Made by a program: the position numbers and the translations under genes. Shown here one piece after another: positions 49,652 to 60,638 of a stretch of 64,000 bases of DNA (positions within the stretch are counted from its first letter, which is position 1; every line of letters begins with the position of its first letter). Source of the DNA: Blepharisma stoltei ATCC 30299 (lineage: Eukaryota > Protista > Ciliophora); NCBI GenBank assembly GCA_965603825.1, contig CBFDEM010000019.1:1-64000 (forward strand), given 5' to 3'. The notes beneath the pieces are model-generated. The model saw nothing but the letters and a program-made list of their open reading frames with translations. It was not told where the DNA came from and made no database searches.

Positions 49652-50125
49652 ATGGAAGATATGAGCTTCTGCGCAATTATGAATATGAGCATGACTATGC
49701 AAATGACATTCCATAATAATGACTTCAAGCTCTACTTTGATAGGTAAAATGAATTCAGCTGAAATGTTGATAATGATTTTAGATATGCAATAACAATTGC
49801 TGCTTTGTTTTTGGCAGCAATTGGATTAGAACTTGTGCGTTTCCTCGCTAAATTATTAGCAGTCTATCTAAAAAAAGTCCCTAAAAGTGCTTACACTACA
49901 ATATTGCTTAATTTAGGAAATGTGAGTTTATTTTTTCTATGGGTTACTTTATCATATCTACTCATGCTTGCAATAATGACATATAGCATAGGAGTTTTTT
50001 GGGCAATCACGACAGGCCTTACCTGTGGCCACATTTTATTCCGAATAATAAAATTTGCATCTCCAATTGCTAATGAAAGTTTATATGAAGAATTGCTGGT
50101 AAAAAATCCATGCATAAAAAACTAA
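49652..50125 (+). CDS. Ctr copper transporter, intact duplicate of Ctr-b; intron at 49744-49758
   Basis: Same length and identical intron as 7193-7666, with scattered substitutions. Confidence 0.88.
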
Positions 50126-50341
50126 TAAATTAAGTAAATTAGATTTAAAAATTAATTTTCTGTGCTAACTAATCCTAATTTGTCATTATTTGCTAGCATT
50201 TCTTTAATGGCTAATCATGATTTTATAATAATTATTAATATCAATTAATACTCAGCGCTCTTCTGAATTATTCATTATTTCTTTGAAAATTATTTTTTAT
50301 TACATTAAAATATAAAACAGAATATTTATAGTTAAAATTAC

Positions 50342-50580
50342 ATGTCAGACAAAGAGAATCAAAAGGTTCAACAAATAAATGTCTTCCTTAACTCAATTGG
50401 CTGGGGGAAATGCTTAACTTTTTATTTTATCGTATGTGGAAGAGCTTGGTTTTCAATAGCTTATTTGAACACTGCAGTTTCATTTCTAATGAGAAGCGCT
50501 AAAGATTGGTGTGATCTGGAGTCTTACTAAGTCGGTTTTATTAATACAGCTCATATGGCAGGAATTTTTCTATGGCATAT
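50342..50580 (+). pseudogene. 5' fragment of an SV2-like MFS transporter (duplicate of 6735-6976)
   Basis: FLNSIGWGK...AWFSIAYLN...LESY-TAA. Confidence 0.75.
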
Positions 50581-51039
50581 ATATGGTCGGGTGAATCTCC
50601 TGAGAGATTGCTTACATATCATTTTTCGATGACGCTAGCAAGAAAATGGTGCGGTGTGACATTGGATGATAAGGGTAACCTATGCCCATAGCCAGCGGTT
50701 GGGTAGCTAGAGAATGTTGTAATTTATTACAGTATTTAATATTTCCTACTTTCAATAATTTTGGTTACATATTTATATTCTGTGAATTTTTCAATATCAT
50801 ATTTACTTTTCAATGATGCTCACTTATTATAACTATATTTATTATTTGGGTGAATATACATTAAAATGAAGTGCAGGTCAGCAAACGTTAAGGAATGGAC
50901 TTTAATTATAATAAATGAAAACAGTTAGAGTTCAAAAGGGTTTGAAAACGTAAGCAAGCCAATAAAAATCAACCTAGAAAAAAAGATAAGCTTGCTTAAT
51001 TCTCAAATAACTATTTATAATAATCTCTGCAATAACCCA

Positions 51040-52812
51040 ATGGCAGAAAGCGCTTTAAACGTTATAGACACCTTAAGAAATAAAATAACTGAGATTCTGA
51101 GTAGACCAAACAATCGCGAATTAGAAATAGATTTCAGAACAACTTGCTCAGCAATTCAGAACAATTCTTATGATCCTCTAGTAATGCAAGCTTACCAAGA
51201 TTATCTCAATGCTTATCGACAAAAAACATCTCTTTATAATGTTGCAAGAGATTATGAAGATTATAAATATTATTTATATATTTATAACACTGAAACTGAA
51301 GAAGTCAAAAAATTGCAGGCTACACCACCGCTATCTTCAGTTAACTACTTAGCTCAACTTCCAAATGGCAAGCTATTTTGTTTTGGTAATGATGGATCTT
51401 CTGGAACTGTAATGCTAATTGGTGAGAATGGCGGAGTCGAAGCGCTGCTATCTTGTACTCCTTCACAAGATTCATCATGTATCTATTTCAGCAACAGCAT
51501 CTATTGCTTTGGAGGATTATTTAATAGATCCACTTGAACTCTATCTAGAAGATTTGATTTAGATCAAAATCGCTGAATTCAATTATCCCCAATGCCAAAA
51601 GCTGATTCCAAGTGCAATAGCATAATATTTAATGGAAATATTTTGATTTCTGGATGGAACAATAGAAATCTTTTGCTATACTCAATTGATATTGACTCTT
51701 TCTCGACAATTCCTTATGAATTCGAAGAGAAGAAATGAAAGATCCTGATAAATGCAGAGAGACTATATTTGATTGAATGCCTTGGGTGAATCTATGAAAG
51801 CGAAATTGGAAGTGCCATGAATTGGGGACGAATAGGAAAATCAAAAATAAATAGCGACTCTTCTCAAGTATATTGTGCATACAATAAAGGAGGAATATAC
51901 ATTTCAACTGTTTTTAACGGAGTTAGAGAATATTATCATTTTGATTTAGATCAAAAAAACATTATTGATTTAGCTTATGAAAGTAAGAATTACGGATTTA
52001 GAAGAGTCGGTAAAAAGATTGAAGCAATAAAATGAAATAACCAGAATTTTAAGCCTGATCCTTATTATCTGGATGAATGAAGTGTAAAAGGCATGAGTCT
52101 ACACGATTTAGGAAAACACCTAGAAGTAATTATATACTATGACGAATTAATCAAAAAATATCCAGATGAATTTATTAATTACTATAATAAAGGCATCACT
52201 TTTTATAGTTTAGAAAGATATCTAGAAGCAATCGAATGCTATAACGAAGCAATCAAACTAGAACCAAATATTTCTAATAATTACTATCAAAAAGGCAACG
52301 CTTTTTATAGTTTAAAAAGATATCTAGAAGCAATCGAATGCTATGACGGAGCAATCAAACTAGATCCAAAATATGGTTATTATTACCATGATAAAGGCAA
52401 AGCTTTTTATGGCTTAGAAAGATATCTAGAAGCAATCGAATGCTATGAAAAAGCAATCGAGTTCGATTCATACAATGTCAAGTGTTATAATGATAAAGGC
52501 AATACTCTTTATGTTTTAGAGAGATATCAAGAAGCAATACAAAGCTATGATGAGGCAATCAAACTTCAGCCCAAGAATCCTTCACATTTCTGCACCCGAG
52601 CTAGGGTATTTAATAATCTCAGACAAGAAGAAGCAGCTTTGCAGGATTTTAATACGGCTTATAATTTATGGCAACAATATCAAGAAAGTGATGCTTTTGC
52701 TGGGAATGAATGGAAACTTTCTGAAGAAGATATCAAATTTATTAACGACATATTAGGCGAGACCGCATTAATTACTCCAAAAAATGCAGATCTAAATAAA
52801 TTTTTAGAGTAA
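51040..52812 (+). CDS. Kelch-like propeller + TPR protein, copy D (5 TPR units)
   Basis: Continuous frame from MAESALNV with TGA=W; last ~17 codons frameshifted relative to paralogs. Confidence 0.8.
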
Positions 52813-52954
52813 AATAAAAAATTATCTCCCAATTTCATATAAAATTCGATGATGTCCGATCTACCTATACCGAGTCATGCTCAAGCCAATAAAGAAAGGG
52901 ATATAAGCTTGCTTAATTTTCAAATACGTTTCTAATTATCTCTGTGATAATCCA

Positions 52955-54720
52955 ATGGCAGAAAGCGCTTTAAACGTTATATACACCTTAAGAAATAAAA
53001 CAGCTGAGATTCTGAGTAGACCAAACAATCGCGAATTAGAGAGAGATTTCAGAACAGCGTGCTCAGCAATTCAGAACAATTCTAGCCTTCACGATCCACT
53101 AGTAATGCAAGCTTACCAAGATTATCTTAATGCTTATCAACAAAAAACATCTCTTTATAATATTGCAAGTGATTATAAAGAAGATAAAACTTATTTATAT
53201 ATTTATAACACTGAAATTAAAACCGTAGAAGTCAAAAACTTACAGAGAAAACTGCGACTAGACCAATGCGTCGGCATAACTCAACTTCCAAATGGCAAAC
53301 TATTTTATTCTGGCTCTGGAATTACAATCCTAATTGGTGTGAATGGCGGAGTCAAAGTGCTGCCACCTGGACCTTTTAGCGAAGATCCCACATGTATCTA
53401 TTTTAACTACAGCGTCTATTGCTTTGGGATCTATAGCTTTGGAAAATTTACTAAAAGTGGTTTACCTCTATCTTATAGATTCGATTTGGATCAAAATCGC
53501 TGAATTAAATTATCCCCAACGCCAAAAGATGGTAGCACGTGAAATAGCATAATATTTAATGGGAGTATTTTGATTTCTGGATGTCAAAATAGAAATCTTT
53601 TCTTATATTCAATTGATATTGACTCTTTCTCGACAATTCCTTATGAGTTCACAGAGTATAGTAGAAAGATCCTGATAAATGCAGAGAGACTATATTTGAT
53701 TGAAAGCCCTGGATGAATCTATGAAAGCGAAATTGGAAGTTACTTAAATTGAAGACGAATTAGGAAATCGATAATCAAAAGCAAGTTTACTCAAGTGTAT
53801 TGTGTATATAATAAAGGAGGAATATACATCTCAACTATTGATCGATCAGCTAGAGAATATTATTATTTTGATTTAGATCAAAAACACCTTATTGATTTAG
53901 CTTATTATAGTAAAAATTTCTGACTTAGTAGAGTTGGTAAAAAGATTAAAGCAATAAATGAAATAGCCAGACTTTTAAGCTTGATCCTTATTATCTGGAT
54001 GAATGAAGTCTAAAAGGCAATAGTTTACAAGATTTAGGAAATAATCTAGAAGTAATTATACCCAGTGTCAAAAAAGCCGATAAATTATCTACCATACTTA
54101 ATTACTGTAATAAAGGCAACGCTTTTTATTGTTTAGAAAGATATCAAGAAGCAATTGAATGCTTTGGCGAAGCAATAAGATATTACCCAAATAATGCTAA
54201 GTTTTACAATAATAAAGGCAACGCTTTTTATAGTTTAAAAAGATATCTAGAAGCAATCGAATGCTATGACAAAGCAATCAAACTCAAACCAGATGAAAGT
54301 CTTTTTTACCATAATAAAGGCAATGTTTATTATGGCTTAGAAAGATATCTAGAAGCAATTGAATGCTATGACAAAGCAATCGAACTCAATCCAAAGAGTG
54401 TCAAGTTTTATTATGATAAAGGCAATACTCTTTATGTTTTAGAGAGATTCCAAGAAGCAATACAATGCTATGATGAGGCAATCAAACTTAAGCCCAATAA
54501 TCCTTTGCATTTCTGCAATCGAGCTAGGGTATTTAATAATCTCAGACAAGAAGAAGCAGCTTTACAGGACTTTAATACGGCTTATAATTTATTGCAACAA
54601 TATCAAGAAAGTGGTGTTTTCGTTGCGGATGAGTGTAAACTTTCTGAAAAAGATATCAAATTTATTAACGACATATTAGGCCGAGACCGTATTGAACTAC
54701 TCCAAAAAATGCAGATTTAA
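52955..54720 (+). pseudogene. Kelch-like propeller + TPR protein, copy E (5 TPR units); one frameshift
   Basis: 1-nt loss in an A run near 53958 (GCAATAAATG vs GCAATAAAATG); may be an assembly error. Confidence 0.7.
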
Positions 54721-54789
54721 ATAAATTTGGTTAGAATAAAATAAAAATTATCTCCCCCAATTTCATATAAAATTCGATACAGTATCATA

Positions 54790-54935
54790 GCCGAATCTGA
54801 AGATAAGGAATACTAGATCCTGCGCAACGAAGGCTCACCAGAAGTCTTCAATAGTTATCAGCTCTTTAAGCTGCAGATCATTGTGGGCTACCACAGGAAG
54901 AAGAAAGGTGTAGAAGGCTTTCGATTCAATAAGAG
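54790..54935 (+). mobile_element. Decayed non-LTR retrotransposon RT fragment
   Basis: Aligns to 57172-57345; encodes ILDPAQ, LFKLQII and KAFDSI across frameshifts. Confidence 0.7.
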
Positions 54936-55031
54936 GACGTACCTATATCAAGCCAATAAAAAAAAGCCCAGAAAAAAAGATAAGCTTGCTTAATTCTCAA
55001 ATAAGTTTCTAATTATCTCTGCAATAATCCA

Positions 55032-56783
55032 ATGGCAGAAAGTGTTTTAAACGTTATAGATACCTTAAGAAATAAAACAGCTGAGATTCTGAGTAGACCA
55101 AACAATCGCGAATTAGAGATAGATTTTAGAACAACTTGCTCAGCAATTCAGACCAATTCTAGCCTTCACGATCCACTAGTAATGCAAGCTTACCAAGATT
55201 ATCTTAATGCTTATCAACAAAAAACATCTCTTTATAATATTGCAAGACTCAATAAATTTAGCTTAATTATTTATAACACTGAAACTGAAATCGAAGAAGT
55301 CAAAACCTTACAGGGACTACGGTGACTAGATATTTGCGTCTGCATAACTCAACTTCCAAATGGCAAGCTATTTTGTTTAGGTAATGATGAAAATTCTGCA
55401 GTTGCAATGCTAATTGGTGTGAATGGCGGAGTCGAAATGCTGCCACTTGGAACTTCGTGCAAAGTCTCATCATGTATCTATTTCAGCAACAGCGTCTATT
55501 GCTTTGGAGGATTTACTAGACCCTATTGATCTCTATCTATTAGATTTGATTTAGATCAAAATCGCTGAATTAAATTATCCCCAATGCCAAAAGCTGATTC
55601 CAAGTGCAATAGCATAATATTTAATCGAAATATTTTGATTTCTGGATGGAACAATAGAAATCTTTTGCTATATTCAATTGATATCGATTCTTTCTCGACA
55701 ATTCCTTATGAGTTCGAAGAGCGTACAAGAAAAATCCTGATAAATGCAGAGAGACTATATTTGATTGAAAGCCCTGGATGAATCTATGAAAGCGAAATTG
55801 GAAGCTACTTAAATTGAAGACGGATTAGAAAATCAATAATCAATAGCGACTCTTCTCAAGTGTATTGTGTATATAATAAAGGGGGTATATACATCTCATC
55901 TATTCATCCATCATTCAGAGAATATTATTATTTTAATTTAGATCAAAAAAACATTATTGATTTAACTTTTTATAATACGAATTACTGCCTTAGAAGAGTC
56001 GGCAAAAAAATTGAATCAATAAAATATAACCAGAATTTAAAGCTTGATCCTTGTTATCTGGATGAATGAAGTCTAAAAGGCATGAGTCTACACAAATTAG
56101 CAAATAATCTAGAAGATATCAAACAATATGATGAATGAATCAAACAAAATCCAAATTGAGCTTGTTTTTACTATAAAAAAGGCAGCACTTTGCGTTGTTT
56201 AAGAAGATATCTAGAAGCAAACGAATGCTTTGACCAAGCAATCAAACTCAATCCAAATGATACTGATTTTTACTTTAATAAAGGCAAAACTTTTTATGGT
56301 TTAAAAAGATATCTAGAAGCAATCGAATGCTATGACAAAGCAATCGAAATCAATCCAAATGAAAGTCTTTTTTACCATAATAAAGGCAAAGCTTTTTATG
56401 GCTTAGAAAGATATCTAGAAGCAATCGAATGCTATGAAAAAGCAATCGACCTCAATTCATACAATGCCCAAGCTTATAATGATAAAGGCAATACTCTTTA
56501 TGTTTTAGAGAGATATCAAGAAGTAATACAAAGCTATGATGAGGCAATCAAACTTCAGCCCAAGAATCCTTTACATTTCTGCACCCGAGCTAGGGTATTT
56601 AATAATCTCAGACAAGAAGAAGCAGCTTTACAGGACTTTAATACGGCTTATAATTTATGGCAAGAATATCAAGAAAGTGTAGTCGTTAGGTATAAATGGG
56701 AACTTTCTGAAAAAGATATCAAATTTATTAACGACGTATTAAGCCGAGACCGTATTGAACTACTTCAAAAAATGCAGATTTAA
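55032..56783 (+). CDS. Kelch-like propeller + TPR protein, copy F (5 TPR units)
   Basis: Continuous 583-aa frame with TGA=W, ending ELLQKMQI-TAA. Confidence 0.85.
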
Positions 56784-57171
56784 ATAAATTTGGTTAGAAT
56801 AAAATAAATAACTAAGAAAGGCCATCTAATTGATTTTAGTTTATTCTTGCACTTAAATACTGACTCTGAATTATATAAGTATAAAAAATGCAAAAATTTA
56901 AAGGTCAAGATCAGGTGAAATCATTTATTGTGGAAAAAGGAATCTAGCTTGTCAATCTAAAAACGAAAAATCTAGATTTTGGAAGCTTTACTAGTTACCA
57001 TTTACTATTTCAAACAAAATATTGATTTTGAAATAGAGATGAAAAAAAATGGAAGGCAAAAAGAACTTTCTATTTAGAATTTTATTCAACAAAGAATAAA
57101 TAAAACGTAAATTAAGTTTAGAGAGTAAACATATATTTAATTTATATTCTTTTATATTACTTCTGTGTCGA

Positions 57172-57345
57172 GCTGAAGAAAAAGAATACTAGATCCTGCT
57201 CAATGAGTGCTCACCAAGAAGTTTTCAATAGCTGGCACGCTCTTTAAACTGCAGATCATTGCGGACTACCACAGGAATCACAGAAAAGAGATGCACTGTG
57301 CTTTTCTTGACTTGCAGAAGGCTTTCAACTCAATAAGCGGTTGTA
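57172..57345 (+). mobile_element. Non-LTR (LINE) reverse transcriptase fragment, in frame with the downstream gene
   Basis: RILDPAQWVLTKKFSIAGTLFKLQIIADYHRNHRKEMHCAFLDLQKAFNSI matches the LINE RT pattern Q-x-GF...S...F(I/L)D(L/F)xKAFD. Confidence 0.75.
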
Positions 57346-57449
57346 TCGATACCGAGTCATGCTATCAAGACAATAAAAAAAGCCTAGAAAGAAAGATAAG
57401 CTTGCTTAATTCTCAATTAGCTATTTCTAATAATCTCTACAATAACCCA

Positions 57450-59306
57450 ATGGCAGAAAGCGCTTTAAACGTTATAGACACCTTAAGAAATAAAACAACA
57501 GAGATTCTGAGTAGACCAAACAATCGCGAATTAGAAATAGATTTCAGAGCAATGTGCTCAGCAATTCAGAACAATTCTAGCCTTCACGATCCACAATTAA
57601 TGCAAGCTTACCAAGATTATCTTAATGCTTATCAGCAAAAAACATCTCTTTATAATATTGCAAGTGATTATGAAGAAGATATAACTTATTTATATATTTA
57701 TAGCACTGAAACTGGAGAAGTCAAAAAATTGCAGACTCCACCACAACTAGACTCATTTACCTACTTAACTCAGCTTCCAAATGGCAAGCTATTTTGTGTT
57801 AGTAATTATGAACTTTCTGGAATTACAATGCTAATTGGTGTGAATGGCGCAGTTGAAATGATGCTATCTGGAACTCTTTTACCAGATTCACCATGCATCT
57901 ATTTCAGCAACAGCGTCTATTGTTTTGGAAGATTAACTAGACCCTATTTATCTCTATCTATTAGATTCGATTTGGATCAAAATCGCTGAATTAAATTATC
58001 CCCAATGCCAAAAGCTGATTTAGCGTGCAATAGCATAATATTTAATGGAAATATTTTGATTTCTGGATGTCAAAATAGAAATCTTTTCTTATATTCAATT
58101 GATATCGACTCTTTCTCCACAATTCCTTATGAGTTCGCAGAGTATAGAAGAAAGATCCTGGTAAATGCAGAGAGACTATATTTGATTGAAAGCCCTGGAT
58201 GAATCTATGAAAGCGAAATTGGAAGCTACTTAAATTGAAGACGAATAGGAAAATCAATAATCAATAGTGAGTCTTCTCAAGTGTATTGTGTATATAATAA
58301 AGGAGGAATATACATCTCAACTATTTATGAATCATCCAGAGAATATTATTATTTTAATTTAGATCAAAAAAACATTATTGATTTAGCTTATTATAGTAGA
58401 AATTACTTACTTAGAAGAGTTGGTAAAAAGATTGAATCAATAAAATATAACCAGAATTATGCCCTTGATCCTCATTATAGGGATGAATGAGACCTAAAAG
58501 GCATGAGTCTACACGAATTAGCAAAAATTCTAGAAGATATCGAGCGCTATGACGAACGAATCAAAGAAGATCCAAATGACGCTTCTCTTTACGATAGCAA
58601 AGGCTACACTTTGGGTAGTTTAAGAAGATATCTAGAAGCAATTGAATGCTTTGATGAAGCAATTAAACTCAATCCTAACGATATTGGTTTTTACTGTGGT
58701 AAAGGCTGCGCTTTATATGGTTTAAAAAGATATCAAGAAGCAATTGAAATCTATGACAAAGCAATCAAACTAAATCCAAATATTACTATTTTTTACTATG
58801 ATAAAGGCAACGCTTTTTATGGTTTAAAAAGGTATCTAGAAGCAATCGAATGCTATGAAGAAGCAATCAAACTCAATCCAAATGAAAGTCTTTTTTACCA
58901 TAATAAAGGCTGCGCCTTTTATGGCTTAAAAAGATATCTAGAAGCAATCGAATGCTATGAAAAAGCAATCGAACTCAATCCAACGAGTGCCACGTTTTAT
59001 AATGATAGCGGCAATGCTCTTTATGTTTTAGAGAGATTGCAAGAAGCAATACAATGCTATGATGAGGCAATCAAATTTGAATCCAATAATCCTTTGCATT
59101 TCTGCAGCCGAGCTAGAGTATTTAATAATATCAGACAAGAAGAAGCAGCTTTACAGGACTTTAATAGGGCTTATAATTTATGGCAAGTATATAATGAAAG
59201 TGTTTTCTTTGAGGATGAATGGAAACTTTCTGAAGAAGATATCAAATTTATTAACGACATATTAGGCCGAGACCGCATTGAACTACTCCAAAAAATGCAG
59301 ATTTAA
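57450..59306 (+). CDS. Kelch-like propeller + TPR protein, copy G (6 TPR units); alternative start at ATG 57291
   Basis: Continuous frame with TGA=W to ELLQKMQI-TAA. Confidence 0.85.
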
Positions 59307-59464
59307 ATGAATTTGGTAATAATAAAATAAAAACTATCTCCCCAATTTCATGCAGGAATAAGCGTCTTTAACATTTCCAACATAAAAAAATCTTATAATT
59401 ATGCATAGTGTATTTCGAAATGTTACTTTAATGTATATATATTAGCGAATCCCTATATATATAA

Positions 59465-59929
59465 TTAAAAATCTGTTAAATGACACAGGTAAAATGCATT
59501 GTAAGGCTCTTTCATGCTAACTCTTTTTAAATATGACTTTGAATACTCATAAAAATTAATTTTTTTGCTGGGAATTGTCTTCTTTATTGAGCTATTATGC
59601 TTATTATCCAAAATTTTGTCCAAGTTTTCAAGAGATTTAATATTTTCCTCTATACTTTTAAGTAATGCAGAAATTTTCTTACCATTATAACTTTTAGATG
59701 TTTTGCCAGGGCCATTATGGTATCATTGAGATCATTCATAGTGGACAGTTTCATGTTCATGATAGTGAAGCCTTGCTGTTCTCCATGGAAGGTATCTATA
59801 ATAGAGGCCTCCTGTTGATTTACGTTTTTCAGGATCTTTTTTGGTTTTGGCCTTTTTGAGTCTTTTTTCTTTAGATTTTATTATACCTGATCTTTTCTTA
59901 GTTTGTTTTCCATTTTTAGAAAACATCAT
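59465..59929 (-). CDS. Unrecognised small basic protein family, member 5 (154 aa)
   Basis: KKRSGIIK...TARLHYH...WYHNGP...PSKKINFYEYSKSYL..SMK...FYLCHLTDF. Confidence 0.78.
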
Positions 59930-59986
59930 GTATAAATTAGTATTTATAATTAAACAATTGTTGTAAAATAATAGAAATAGCTGAGG

Positions 59987-60382
59987 TTAAAAGTCTAAAG
60001 TTTCACAGAAATAGAGACTATATTGTAAACTCTCCATAATCATAGGATCAAAATTTGTGTGTGCGTATTTTTTAAAATCAAACGTTTTATTAGGAATTTC
60101 GTGGTTTTTATTAATATAGTGCTTTTCTTCTATGATTTTAGCTAGAAATCTGTTTTTTTCTCTCATTTTATCAATATCATTCATAGTTTTCTCATAAAGA
60201 CCTGGCTCATATTCGTTATGATGATGATAGCTCCAACGAACTTTTCTTCTTTGCCAATAACACCCATGACGATTATAACTTTTTCGTTTTTTCGATATTT
60301 TTCGAGACTTGTTTACTTTTTTTAGCTTTTTTTGGCTTTTACAAATTGTTGTGTTTTGAAAGAAAAATACCTTATTATCCAT
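59987..60382 (-). CDS. Unrecognised small basic protein family, member 6 (131 aa)
   Basis: Lys-rich N-terminus, KVRWSYHH, PNKTFDFKKY, LYFCETLDF. Confidence 0.75.
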   Translation of the reverse strand: MDNKVFFFQNTTICKSQKKLKKVNKSRKISKKRKSYNRHGCYWQRRKVRWSYHHHNEYEPGLYEKTMNDIDKMREKNRFLAKIIEEKHYINKNHEIPNKTFDFKKYAHTNFDPMIMESLQYSLYFCETLDF

Positions 60383-60638
60383 TTACTTTATCAGTTCATA
60401 TTGGGTTCGCTTTTGATAAATCTTTATTATAATCATAATAAAAATGATAGATTTCACCTTAAAACAATTACCTGATTCTTAAAAAATTAATCATTATTTA
60501 TTATTTCTATATTCACATATCACAAAATAGCCTTTTTACCAAAAATCCATTTTCTAGTCTCCTCAAAATAGCAAAATTCCTATAATCCTCTATCTCTGAA
60601 AGAAAAAAACTTTCATTTATCAAAATTAATTTAAACAA

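Noticed and set aside
3085-53545. UGA decoded as Cys or Sec (TGA where paralogs have TGY at ~3090, 48058, 53540)
   Set aside because: These are single-base changes in a fast-evolving family; copy A also has TGG at an equivalent site; conserved genes place TGA at Trp columns
4380-53960. Programmed frameshifting in Kelch-TPR copies (shifts near 4390, 49170, 52757, 53958)
   Set aside because: All are single-base losses in short homopolymers at different sites; better explained by decay or long-read consensus error
48277-59100. CRISPR-like array (conserved ~30-bp core with variable spacers)
   Set aside because: The 102-bp period is in frame and encodes TPR repeats; eukaryotic context, no cas genes
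2358-59265. Recurring ORF MMRQSNL..ILCISA.ELGYLIISD (2358, 48935, 52547, 54470, 59059)
   Set aside because: Alternative frame of the conserved last TPR of each Kelch-TPR copy; its recurrence follows from DNA identity
47026-59306. Diversity-generating retroelement (RT plus variable repeats)
   Set aside because: The RT is a short LINE-type fragment with no catalytic motif; there is no invariant template repeat; by eye the substitutions are not restricted to adenines
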